This document shows positions 32,001 through 44,387 of a stretch of 64,000 nucleotides of DNA, one piece after another. Position numbers and translations under genes: made by a program. Location: the NCBI GenBank assembly GCA_963717935.1, contig CAVQXP010000004.1, positions 736,001 through 800,000 of the forward strand, written 5' to 3'. Source of the DNA: Candidatus Eiseniibacteriota bacterium. Lineage in GTDB: Bacteria; Eisenbacteria; RBG-16-71-46. The notes beneath the pieces were generated by a model. The model made no database searches. It was not told the DNA's origin and saw only the letters and a program-made list of their open reading frames with translations. Each line of letters starts with the position of its first letter. Within the stretch, counting starts at the first letter, position 1.

Positions 32001-32359
32001 GAGGTGTGAGCCGGCGGACGGCGCTCGAAGTCGAGCGCGTTGCGCAGCCAGGAGCGGACCGCCGGGAAGCGATCCTCGATGCGCTCGAGGTAGGCCTCGA
32101 AGGAGGGCCGGGCGCGCAGGAGGCCCGCGACCGCGAGGACCAGGGCCGCGATGCCGGCGCCCGTCGCGGCGAGCAGGCGCGCCCAGGCCAGGGGCTCTCC
32201 GGTGGGCCACGCCACGCCGAGTGCCACCGCTAGCGCAATGACCACGGCGACGCCTCCCGCGGCGCGCAACCCGTGGCGCAGCGCCAGCGCCTGCAGCAGC
32301 GCGGCGTGGTGGCGGGAGACGAGTCGCTCGAGGGCGTTGTCAGGCACGCGAGTGGTCAT
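29045..32359 (-). CDS. DUF4175-like large membrane-anchored protein with Ig-like domains and long Gln-rich coiled coil
   Basis: N-terminal TM helices; V.PGS.TV.PG, PPAY, DAPP and DDLGL motifs; long Q/E/A-rich coiled coil; ILSRLLDAQRS and YRAFIEAYLRAL at the C-terminus. Confidence 0.75.
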   Translation of the reverse strand: MTTRVPDNALERLVSRHHAALLQALALRHGLRAAGGVAVVIALAVALGVAWPTGEPLAWARLLAATGAGIAALVLAVAGLLRARPSFEAYLERIEDRFPAVRSWLRNALDFERRPPAHTSPELARALGDETSRRLAEVPLVAMRPALEARRPLAAMAIALAFVAALGLVLPARTERSWHTLLDPRTAAPPVRLEVEPGSVTVTPGAALAVRARVWGTTARPRLLRDGSPADAGTHEGDGDGGERLWRFDLTQLTRSLDYRVRVAGIESPRYHVTLAGTPQPVSFEIEIHPPAYARLPVQRGAATRGDLTALRGSRALIEVLFDRDLEALEAAAPGAPARPWRALNPRRWRGEIAIRQAGDYELRALARTAQDELGGEGRFRYPIQPLADAPPILTVRVPEGDMDLPAGQQVPYEVLGQDDLGLTELRLQVRKDADATWTDLTLARFAGGPREARASARWDAAPLGLLPGQSASFRFQLFDDAEGGRGVATSATYELRFPSLAELYQDLERGQDSVQGALEKVADRAQELQKSLDRLARQAPMPTAGSPRSFERQEEVKSALDRQQDLSHQIDEASRQLREGLQQATERRAFDEQLTRKLRELAQVMDQIQSQEFREAMRRLQEALENTQRRPPEPGLQDWRLQNEQLLKNLERTLELLKRLRQEERLQALARRAEELKAQQDGHNQAIEQKAAEQAQRGLAEEQRQAAAESEQLARDAQQLGQEMNEPQAQPGLREAAQELDQEAAPAQREAAQALAQNRQAQARQAGRRASQSLQRASEQLSNVSNQMQQQREQVDLAAVRRAAQDLVSLQRAAERSLDSNSPAKQRADLQTDLSEGTARVADSLWTLGKKTPFINPDLAAALGRAIKGLQQSGKQFAQGDRAGGEAAGRSGAGALVESVLKLRQAESSMCQNPGQGQPGGTVPMRMDQLGNRQAQLNDRTRTLGQRLTEQARLTAGDQDELRRLAREQARIHDELGQIEQEERQRRQLLGRLDQTAEEMKQVEEALRQGQLGDEVEQKQQHILSRLLDAQRSVNRQDFEPRRESRPGEDAARAAPPALPAEMLRESDRLRLDLLKAQADRYPSQYRAFIEAYLRALNRGSSR

Positions 32360-32384
32360 CGTCGTCGGGGTGACCCGGGCCGGT

Positions 32385-33080
32385 TCAATGCGTCAGGACG
32401 TAGTGGACGAGGTTCAGGGACATGCGCAGCGCAGCCTCGCGCTTCTCGGGTGGATCGCCGTGGATCTCGGGGTCCTCGAGGCCGTCCCCCAGGTCGGTGT
32501 CGAACGAATAGAAGACGACCAGCCTCCCGTCGTGGAAGACACCGTAGGCCCGCGCGGGGCCGCCGTCGTGCTCGTGGATCTTCGGTGGGCCCGCCGGGAA
32601 CTCGTAGAGCCCGTGGAAGAGCGGGTGCGAAAATGGCAACTCGACGCAGCGGCGCGTCGGGGAGCACCTGCTTCATCGCCCGCCGGAAGGACGGATCGAT
32701 TCCGAAGTCGTCGTCCACCCACAGGAAGCCGCCGGTCGTGAGGTAGCGACGCAGGTTGGCTGCCTCCGTGGGCGTGAGCTTGAGGTTGCCGTGGCCGCAG
32801 GCAAAGACGAACGGGTACTGGAAGAGCGCGGCCGAGCCGGGCTCGACCACCGCCTCCTTCGTGCCAGCCGTGGGGACCGAGAGGCGCTCCCGCGCGGCTC
32901 GCATCAGGTTCGCGAGCGAGGTGCGGTTCTCGTACCAGTCGCCGCCACCGCCGTACTTGAGGCGGGCGATGCCGAAGGCGCGTGCGCCCGGCGGGACGGG
33001 CACGTCGCCCGGCGCCGCGGGCGACGGTGGCGGATCCGGCACAGCGCGGCCAGGACGAGCAGGGTGGCGAAGCGCTTCAC
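32385..33080 (-). CDS. DUF4159 domain protein (frameshifts near 33040 and 32645)
   Basis: IARLKYGGGGDWY, YPFVFACGHG, LRRYL..GGFLWVDD, then LPFSHPLFH, PKIHEHDG and TDLGDGLED. Confidence 0.85.
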
Positions 33081-33162
33081 GGGTCGCGGGTCTCCATGGG
33101 CATCGTGGCGGTTCCGCCCTTCTTGATGATACACGCGCCGGGCGGAGCCTGCCGAAGATGGC

Positions 33163-33197
33163 ACGAAGGCCCGGACCTCGAGGGTCCGGGCCTTCGT
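33163..33197 (-). terminator. Hairpin ending the secDF-lipoprotein operon
   Basis: ACGAAGGCCCGGACC-TCGAG-GGTCCGGGCCTTCGT, 15-bp stem. Confidence 0.65.
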
Positions 33198-33234
33198 CAT
33201 CGCCGGTGGGGCGCCCGTGGCCGGGCGCGAGCGC

Positions 33235-34212
33235 TCAGCCGGTCCCTAGGGCGTGGGGAACACCTTGGTGGCGCCGACCCGGAAGCGGCGGTACGAGCCC
33301 GGGCTCGCGGACGTACTCCCAGTCGCCGTAGGTGAAGGCCAGCAACTCGCCCCGCGCGTTCACCGCCGAGACGCGCACCCGGTACTCGACCAGGTTCAGC
33401 AGGGTCCGCGCTGCATGAGCACCTGCGCCCCCGGCTCGCCGAGCTTGTAGTCGGTGGCCGGCGCGGCCACGTAGCCGACGAAGAAGTTGCGCACATTGCT
33501 GAGGACGAACGGCGCCGGCTGCACGCGCCAGCAGCTTGGCCTCGAGGTCGCCGCCCATGAACTGGTAGATCTGGATCCAGTAGCCCGCCGCCCCGGGCAC
33601 CTCCTGCCAGGTCATGGTGATGTTCGAGTCGGGCGGCATCGTCGCGCCGGTGTAGGTGCAGCGTCGCGATGTCCGAGCTCATCGAGTTCGCCCACGTTGG
33701 TGAGCGGGGAGGTCGGTGTCACCACTCCGGACGACGACGCCGCGGCCCACGTACGAGGGCGGGTTGAAGCCGGACGGCTGCGCGTCGCCGAAGGCGTAGA
33801 TCTCCCAGTGCGAATCGAGGAAGCGGACCACGGGGCTCAGCACGTAGTCCTTGAGCTGCGCGTAGCCGCCGTTGGCTCTCGCGGCGCAGCACCTGGTAGC
33901 CGGTCGCCGGCGTGCCGTCCAGGATCATGCCGTGCAGCGTGCCCGGGGCGACGTAGACCTGTTCCGTGCTCGGCGAGGGTGTCCTCCGGGCCGGGTCCGT
34001 CAGGCAGGAAGTCCGTCGAAGGTCTCCACGGTGATGGGCACGTCGGGATAGACGATCAGACGGGCGTCCGCGCTGTACTGGCCTTCGGGCGCCGTGTAGC
34101 TGGCGTCGACGTTGGTGACCTTCTTGGCGCAGCCGGCCATCGCCAGCGCCACCAGGATGACGGTGGCGAGCGGGGCGACGCGGCGCAGCGGACTGCGGAG
34201 ATCGTTCATCAT
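33235..34212 (-). CDS. Hypothetical lipoprotein with a fibronectin-III-like segment (several frameshifts; end approximate)
   Basis: Lipobox LAMAGC; coding-like pieces across frames (GTLHGMILDGTPATGYQV; NITMTWQEVPGAAGYWIQIYQ; YRVRVSAVNARG). Confidence 0.6.
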
Positions 34213-34232
34213 GAGCCCTTTGAGCCTTTCGC

Positions 34233-35149
34233 TTACTCGGCCGAAATTCCCTTGCGGCGATCGAGCAGGATCCAGATGTCGAGCGCCAGGGCACTGGCCA
34301 CGTAGACCGAGGAGTACGTTCCGAAGACCGACGCCGACCAGCATCGCGAACGAGAAGTCGCGAAGGACCTCGCCGCCCCAGATGAACAGACCGAGCGCCG
34401 CCAGGAAGACGGTGAGCGCGGTGATCACGGTGCGCGACAGGGTCTCGTTGACCGCGATGTCCATGGCCCGGGAGTGCTTCTCCTTGCGGAGGGCCTTGGA
34501 CCGTTCGCGGATGCGGTCGAACACGACGATGGTGTCGTTGATGGAGTAGCCGGCGATGGTGAGCAGGGCGGCCACCACCGTCAGGGATATCTCACGCCCG
34601 GTGAAGCAGAGGAATCCCAGAACGACGAGCACGTCGTGGAAGAGGGCTACCACGGCGCCGAAGGCGAATTTGAACTCATAACGGAAGCCCACGTAAAGCA
34701 GAATCCCGCCCAGGCTCCAGAGCACCGCCCAGATCGCCTTGTGGCGCAACTCGTTACCGACCTTCGGCCCGACCGTCTCCTGGCGGCGCAGCTCGGAGGT
34801 GACCCCGGGGAAACGGGTCGAGAGGGCCTGCTGGATGACGGGGAACGGTTCCTGGCTGTCACTCCTGAAGCGCAGCAGGAACTCGTTCCGGTTCTGCCCG
34901 GTCATCTGTTGCAGCTCCACTCCGCGGAAGCCCACGGCGTCGAGGGCCCGGCGCACCTCGTCGGCCGCCAGCACCCGGCTGGTGCGGATCTGGAGCACGG
35001 TGCCGCCCGTGAAGTCGACGCTGCAGGATGGGCCCACCGTGCACGACGAGCCAGACGACCGTCGCCACGACCAGCACGGAGGAGAGCAGGTAGGCGAAGC
35101 GCCGGTACTGCATGAAGGGGATGTTGGTTCCGATCAGCACCTGAAGCAT
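34233..35149 (-). CDS. secF: Protein translocase subunit SecF (frameshifts near 35028 and 34328)
   Basis: SVDFTGGT, VGPKVG.EL, ALFHDV, GYSINDTIVVFDRIRE, NETLSRT; the corrected frame ends GTYSSVYVAS...ISAE-TAA. Confidence 0.93.
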
Positions 35150-35171
35150 CGTCTCGTTCTCCTCGTGCCCG

Positions 35172-36748
<1,577 letters not shown>

Positions 36749-36854
36749 CGGATCCCTCAGGGCAGACAACGGCCGGCGCGCCGGGGCAGCCCCACGCTTG
36801 GTGCGGGTGCCCCCCGCGGCGCCGCCGGCAGGCGCAAGACGTTAGGAGCGTGCG

Positions 36855-36883
36855 AGTCTACGGGGCAGGGTTGGGAGTGTCAA
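36855..36883 (-). promoter_or_regulatory. sigma70 promoter of secD
   Basis: TTGACA-17 nt-TAGACT. Confidence 0.8.
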
Positions 36884-37290
36884 CGAATCCGCGACCCGGC
36901 TCCTGCCGCGCGTCGTCCCGGGAGATTCGCGGGTGACCCGGCACAGGCGTGCAGCAGGAGGGCGGACGCCGTCGAGGGACCCGGGACGGGGCCGGTTGGC
37001 GGCCGGCCCCTGGGTGAGTCGCATTGTTTCCGGAAGGGTCGGGGTGAGGACTGGATGGCGGGATGGTGAGGTGGGTTCCCGGTCCGGAGGCACCGCGACC
37101 CAACGCAAGAGGCGTTCCACTCCGTGGTGGGCGGTCTGGCCGCGCCTTGCGGCCGGGGCCGGCCCGCCCGCGTGTCCACGGGCCGTCATCGTCGACCACG
37201 CCGTGACGCTGACGGGTACATGCGCGGCGTGTGATGCGCCGAAGGTCGTGGCCTCTCCGCCGCGGTGGCGGCAGTCTCCGGCACGGTTTC

Positions 37291-37319
37291 TTGACACCCC
37301 CGAAGGCCGTTCCTATAGT
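37291..37319 (+). promoter_or_regulatory. sigma70 promoter of the OMP-guaB unit
   Basis: TTGACA-17 nt-TATAGT. Confidence 0.85.
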
Positions 37320-37385
37320 GTGCCGCTCGTCACACCGGGCCTCTCTCACACCATCCCTTTGCCCGGGAAAAGGAGCCTCCATCGC

Positions 37386-38133
37386 ATGATTCCACGCATT
37401 CGCTGGGTGAGCTTCGCCGTGCTGGCGCTGCTCACAATCGCCTCGGCATGCCCTGCGGCGGAGGGTGAACCGTCCTACAAGCCCGGCAAGGGTGGGGTCG
37501 GCGGTCAGTTCGGCGGCTCCTACTTCGGCATCGATCGCATGTTCGGCGACGAGTGGCTCGGCGACTACTCGAGCGGCGCCATGCCGCGGGTCTCCTTCGC
37601 CGGCCAGTTCCGTTACGTCCAGAGCAAGCACTGGCGCTGGCAGTTCAGCCCCGGCTTCACCTGGACCGCCTACAAGACCGCCACGGCCATCCCGTTCACG
37701 GACCTGAACTACCCGGACGACGAGGTGAAGGACAGAATGCTCGTCCTGATGCTGCCGGCCACGGCGCAGATCCAGTACGTCGTGAAGCGGGGTCAGTGGT
37801 TCTATCACGCGGGTGCGGGGCCGGGTGCCTACCGGGTGTGGGTCGAGAACCGCCGCAAGGTCTACAGGGACCCCGAGACATTCCGGTCTGCACCGCGGCC
37901 TGTACCCGGGCGGGATCTTCGAGTTGGGCGCCGAGCGCTTCCTCAAGTCGATCACCACGACCAGCGTCGAGCTGACCTGGGCGAGCCACCTGGTCTTCGC
38001 GCAGCGCGACGAACAGTTCCCGAGCGGCTACAACAGCAACCTGATGGCGACGGAATTGCGGGTGGGGGTCAACTACTACTTCGACCCGCTGAGGCAGAAG
38101 AAGCAGGGCATCGAGATCCCCGAGGTCAAGTGA
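37386..38133 (+). CDS. Hypothetical outer-membrane beta-barrel protein (frameshift near 37885)
   Basis: RBS AAGGAG; signal peptide; aromatic amphipathic strands ending LRVGVNYYF. Confidence 0.7.
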
Positions 38134-38214
38134 GCCTGCCGGGAGTCGCGGCGCGCGATTCGCGCCACGGCTCCCGGGTTCGCCGGACGGCGCCGCGTCC
38201 CGAGGTCCACCGTC

Positions 38215-39712
<1,498 letters not shown>

Positions 39713-39749
39713 GAGCGATCGCGGGGCCCCGTTCCTCCCTGCTCCGCAC

Positions 39750-39784
39750 GGAAGCCCCGCGGGTCCTCGGCCCGCGGGGCTTCC
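39750..39784. terminator. Bidirectional hairpin between guaB and the convergent gene
   Basis: GGAAGCCCCGCGGG-7 nt-CCCGCGGGGCTTCC. Confidence 0.7.
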
Positions 39785-39836
39785 ATCGTTCGCCGCGACT
39801 GGACGGAGGCGGCGTCTGGTCTCCCGATGACCCCGG

Positions 39837-40603
39837 CTACGGCTTCTTCGGCAGCTCGAAGTGGAAGTCGGGGTTCAGCTGCCGGATCTCGCCCACCAGG
39901 CGCTCGAGGCCTTCCACGGTCTCGGCGTCCGGCCGCGTCTTCCAGGCCGAGTACAGCTCGAGCAGTTCGTCCTGCTTGGTGCGCAGCAACTGCTGCATCG
40001 CGGCCTCGTTCGCCGTGCGCTCGAGGTGGTAGACCTCGCCCTGGGCCAGCCGCCTGGCCAGGTCCAGCGGCTCGCCGCGCATGTGCGAGAGGATCTTGAG
40101 GTAGCGGTCGAAGCCCACCGACAGCTTCTCGAGCACCTCGGCCACGCCCGCGCTCTTGCGGTGCATCTGCTGGCTGTAGGTGTAGGCGAAGTGATAGTAG
40201 GTCTTGCCCCGCCCGACGTAGGCTTCCTCGCTGGGCTGAGCGTGCGCCCTGGGCTCACGGGAGGAGCCGGGTTGTCGAAGATGCCGGTCGAGACCAGCAG
40301 GAAGTCGGCGTTGGTCTTGTGGATGACGTAGCGGATGCGCGCGTCGGACGAGTTGGCGAAGCGCCGGAACACGTCCACGTCGTAGCGCGACAGGAACTTC
40401 TTCGACTGCTCGGCGTACTCGGGGTTGATGAACGCGTGCAGCAGGTGGGCGAGGTAGACGTCCACGTCCTCGTCGTAGCAGTCCGGGTTCGAGACCAGGC
40501 CGGTCTCGATCCGGCTGTAGAGCAGGCAGTTGATGGCGAAGTGGTAGGTCGGCTGGAGATCGCGGCGGGTCTCCTTGAGCTGCACGTCGTGCCGAGGATC
40601 CAT
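39837..40603 (-). CDS. Conserved hypothetical helical protein (frameshift near 40250)
   Basis: RBS GGAGGAG; strong GC3 codon bias; VYLAHLL, ADFLLVSTGIF, then YVGRGKTYY and LEKLSVGFDRYLKIL in the second frame. Confidence 0.75.
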
Positions 40604-41133
40604 GCTGCGCTCCTCCCGGTTGCCGCGTCTGCTTCAACGCGGGCATCGACCCGCTTCCGACCATGTCTTCCAAGACGTGACTCCTGCATCCGCCATGCCA
40701 CGGCGGGGTCCGCCGCCCCTGGGGTGCACCGGCTTGAAGCTGCGTCGCCGCGGTCGTCCGGAGGGTGGTCCGAAGCCTCCGTTCCCAGAGTGATTTGGCT
40801 CAGAAGGGCGCCCGGGATGGGGGTTCTGGCGCGAATCGCCCGGGACCCGGGAGGGGTGGTCGCACGGGCGTTCGCCCTGTCGCGGGCACGCCCCGGCGAT
40901 GCAATCTTTGCGACTTCACTTGAAAGGAAATTGCCAGTCCGCGGCCCGGACGCCGCGCAACCGCAGGGAGATGGGCCGCAGCCCGCCCGGCGGCGGCGGC
41001 CTTGCATAGTGCAACGCGGTCGGCGCGGCGCCGGCGCCGCGGTGGGGCGCGGGAACCCGTCCGGAAGGGCCCGCGCCGGGGCATGTCACTTGCGAGTCCC
41101 CGGGATGTGACCCAGCATCCTGCTTGGACTTCC

Positions 41134-42684
41134 ATGCGCGGCCATCGAGTTCCTCCCGCCCCCGGCAACAGCGCTGCCACCGGCGTGGTCCATCCCGGCG
41201 CTGGACTCCGCCTGCGGCTGTGGCTCGGCTGTCTGCTGGGCGGTGTCGTTGGTGGGGGCGCGGTGGTCGGGCTGTTCGCGTGGCTCTCGCCTCCCGATCC
41301 GCTCTTCGATCCCCTGGCCCTCGGCCTCTGGCCCTGGAGCGCCGCCTTCCTCTGCCTTGCCCTCGCGGTGGGCCTGGGTCTCTGGCTCGACCATGGCATC
41401 GCCTCGCACCTGCGGGGCCTGAACCGCGCGATCGCGGGCGGGGATCCGACCGGGCTGGGCGCGCTGCCGGCGGCCAGGGGCTGGGGCGAGCTCTCGCTTC
41501 TGACCTCGCAGCTCCAGAGCCAACTCGCGCGCCAGCACGAGATGGGCCGCGCCGTGGCCGAGTTGGAGGAGTTGCGTCACCGCATCCGCGGCCTGCGCGT
41601 GGCGGTGGAGATGCGACCGGCGGGGCAGCGGGCGGAGCCCCTGCGGGCGCTCGAAGGGCCGCTCGGGCCGCTGATCGAGAGTCTCAACCGCCACTGGGCC
41701 CAGAAGGAGCGGGTCGAGGGCGAGGGCCGCGCGGACGCCCTCGGGCTGCGCCACGAGCTGACGCTGGCACTCGTGGACGCACGGGACTCGGCCGAACTGG
41801 CCGAGCGCGGCTTCGTCGAGGCGACCGCGCTGCTCACGACCGTGCGCGAGCTGCAGCGCCTGGGCGGCGAGCTCAGGCAGGAACTGTCGACGGCGCCCGA
41901 GGCGCCAGCCGCGCCGGCGCCCCCGCTCGCGGAGTCGCAGCACCGCTACCGTGAGGCGGCCGTGGCCGCGATCGAGGAGATCGTGTCGGCATCCAACGAG
42001 AGCGTCGAACGCCTGGCTGCCGGGCTCCTCCGGGTGCAGGAGATCGGCGGACCGGTGCAGGTGCTCGCCAACCGGGCGACGCTCATCGCCCTCCATGTCA
42101 CGCTCTCGGAGCCGGGCGGTTCGGGCCCGCGGTCCGAGGGGTTGTCGCGCGACCTGCGGAGCCTGGCGGGCGAGGTGCGCGCCGTGACCGACCTGACGGC
42201 GGAGCGGTTCGCCGCCATCGATCGTGAGGTCGAGGCGGCGGTGGAGCGCATGAAGGGACTGCGGGAGCGCGTCGCCGCGAGGCTGGACGAGGTGCCGCCG
42301 ATGCCCGAGGCCGGCGCCTCCGCCCCGGGTGCCGCGCAGCCCGGCGAGGTGGCGCTGCGGTTGCTCGAGCGCGTGCGCGAGATGGTGCAGGATGCGGCAG
42401 CCAAGGGCGAGCGGCTCTCGGCGGCGGGGGAACGGGCCTCGCGCGCGGCCGAGCGTCTCGTGCGCCGGCTCGAGGAGGAGGCGGGCACGCTCGAAGGGCT
42501 GGCGACGCGCCTCGGCGCGACCGCAGAGGAATTGCGCAAAGGCGCGGCGGAGCCGGACGCGCGCCCCGCGTCATCCGCGGGCGAGGTGCGTCCAGGCGAC
42601 CTGCGGCTGCTCGGACCGGACCACGTGAAGCCCCGGGCGGAGGACCCCGAGCCGGGTGACGAGGATGCGGAGGAGCGGCGATGA
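41134..42684 (+). CDS. Degenerate methyl-accepting chemotaxis-like membrane protein (start uncertain)
   Basis: Two TM helices, a HAMP-like segment and a coiled coil with VLANRATLIALHV...LAGEVRAV, resembling the MCP hairpin QTNLLALNA...VADEVRKL. Confidence 0.6.
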   Translation: MRGHRVPPAPGNSAATGVVHPGAGLRLRLWLGCLLGGVVGGGAVVGLFAWLSPPDPLFDPLALGLWPWSAAFLCLALAVGLGLWLDHGIASHLRGLNRAIAGGDPTGLGALPAARGWGELSLLTSQLQSQLARQHEMGRAVAELEELRHRIRGLRVAVEMRPAGQRAEPLRALEGPLGPLIESLNRHWAQKERVEGEGRADALGLRHELTLALVDARDSAELAERGFVEATALLTTVRELQRLGGELRQELSTAPEAPAAPAPPLAESQHRYREAAVAAIEEIVSASNESVERLAAGLLRVQEIGGPVQVLANRATLIALHVTLSEPGGSGPRSEGLSRDLRSLAGEVRAVTDLTAERFAAIDREVEAAVERMKGLRERVAARLDEVPPMPEAGASAPGAAQPGEVALRLLERVREMVQDAAAKGERLSAAGERASRAAERLVRRLEEEAGTLEGLATRLGATAEELRKGAAEPDARPASSAGEVRPGDLRLLGPDHVKPRAEDPEPGDEDAEERR

Positions 42685-44387
42685 ATCCGGCCGATGATCG
42701 CGGAGGCACCCGTGACCTCGCTCGCGACCTGGTCGGCGCGCTCGCGCCCGTCCTCTGCGACGTGGCCGAGGGGGACGCCGTCGGTGTCGCGTGCGAGGCC
42801 GCGCAATTCCTCGGCCTCGACGGTCTCGAGCGCCTGCTCGCGGCCTGCGCCCCGCACGCGGGGCACGCCTGGCCCGCCGAGTTGATGCCCGCGCTCGAGC
42901 GCCTGCGGCGCCTCGCCGCGAGCGCCGCCGAGACGGGCGCGCTCGGGATCTTCCGCGAGGCGGACCGCGAACTGGCGGGCCTGGCGGACGAGGTCTCGGC
43001 GTTGCAGTGGAGCCCTTCGTGGCGCGCGGGTTCGGACGACGCGCAGCCGGTCGCCACGCTGAGCGTCGCCGACACGCTGGACGAGCTGCCGCTCGCCGAT
43101 GACTCCTCGCGCGAGCTTGCGCGCCGCTCGCGGCTCCTGCCGCCCGTGGCCGCGGCCCTGCGGGCGGCGCTCGACTGGCTCGCGAGCGATTCGGGCCGTC
43201 CCCTCGTGCTGCGCGCGGAGGACTCGGTGCTCGAGGCGTCGTGCGAGCACGTCGACTTCGGCGCACTCACCCCGGCGACCGAGGTGCTTGCCGCGGTGGG
43301 TGCGAACCTCGGGCCCGGCCCGGGCCTGGCCGGCACCTGGACGGTCCGCGTGCCGCTTCACACCGGGCGCGGGGTCTACCTGATGCTCGTGCACGGCGGC
43401 GTGCCGGTCGCGATCCCCTGGCATGCGGTGCTGCGTCTGCACATGAGCCGTGCGGCCGAGACCGCCGAGCGCGAGAACCTCGGCGGCTGGCCCGTGCTGA
43501 AGGGACCGCTCGGGGGCGGCTCGCAATCGACCGGCGACGTGCCGCTCGCGCTGGTCGCGCACGGGCGCAAGCGCGGCTGGCTCGTGGCCGACCGGCTGGT
43601 CTGGCGGTTGCACGCGGATCCCGTCGCGCCCACGGAACGCTCGCCCGCCGACGGACTCGTCACGATGGTCGAGACCGAGGAAGGCGAGCACTACTGGCTC
43701 GCCGAGCCCGGGTGGCTCCTGCGCTCGGTGGAGGCCCCGTCACTCGTGAAGCCCGCGCCCGCGCCGCAGCCCGAGTCGCAGCCCGCGCCGGAGTCCGCGT
43801 CCGAAGCGGAGCCGCCCGCGCCGCGCGAGGAGATCCCCGCGTCCCTCCCGGTGGCACCGGCACCGCCGGCTCCTGCACGACCCGCGGTCCATCTGTGGCT
43901 GTTGACGCCCGAAGACGTCGAGCGCATCGAGGCCGAGGACGTCGAACCGATCGCTTCGTCCAGCGGTCCTCCCGTCCCGGCGCACGTCCCCGACTCGGCG
44001 CCGCCGGACCGGCGGCCGATGCGCAGCGCCCTCGTGGCGGAGGACTCCATCACCGCGCGCATCTTTCTCGCGCGACTGCTGACGCGGCTGGGCTTCGACG
44101 TCAGCACGGTGGACACCGCGGCTGCGCTGCGCGCCGAGCTGGAGCGCCGCCCATGGTCGCTCGTCTGCGTGGACATCGAGTTGCCCGACGAGGCCGGCAC
44201 GGCCTTCCTGGCGGGACTCGCCGCCCGCCATGGCGCCCGCACGCCCTTCGTCGCGCTGGTGCGCGACGCGGAGGACCGCGTGGCCGCGCGACGCGCCGGC
44301 ATCGAGCGCATGCTGCGCAAGCCCTTCGATCACCAGGAAGTCGAGCAGGTCCTGGGCCGCCTCGGCCTCGTCCCCCGGAGGCCGTGA
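42681..44387 (+). CDS. Degenerate CheA-like protein (Hpt-like, CheW-like and receiver domains)
   Basis: AAQFLGLDGL (Hpt-like); WTVRVPL..YLMLVHGGVPVAIPWHAV and GWLVADRLV (CheW-like); C-terminal REC (VAEDS, VDIELPD, RKPF). Confidence 0.6.
   Translation: MNPADDRGGTRDLARDLVGALAPVLCDVAEGDAVGVACEAAQFLGLDGLERLLAACAPHAGHAWPAELMPALERLRRLAASAAETGALGIFREADRELAGLADEVSALQWSPSWRAGSDDAQPVATLSVADTLDELPLADDSSRELARRSRLLPPVAAALRAALDWLASDSGRPLVLRAEDSVLEASCEHVDFGALTPATEVLAAVGANLGPGPGLAGTWTVRVPLHTGRGVYLMLVHGGVPVAIPWHAVLRLHMSRAAETAERENLGGWPVLKGPLGGGSQSTGDVPLALVAHGRKRGWLVADRLVWRLHADPVAPTERSPADGLVTMVETEEGEHYWLAEPGWLLRSVEAPSLVKPAPAPQPESQPAPESASEAEPPAPREEIPASLPVAPAPPAPARPAVHLWLLTPEDVERIEAEDVEPIASSSGPPVPAHVPDSAPPDRRPMRSALVAEDSITARIFLARLLTRLGFDVSTVDTAAALRAELERRPWSLVCVDIELPDEAGTAFLAGLAARHGARTPFVALVRDAEDRVAARRAGIERMLRKPFDHQEVEQVLGRLGLVPRRP

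Noticed and set aside
34000..35037. SecF fused to a lipoprotein
   Set aside because: A frameshift near 34328 hides the true SecF C-terminus and its stop at 34233.
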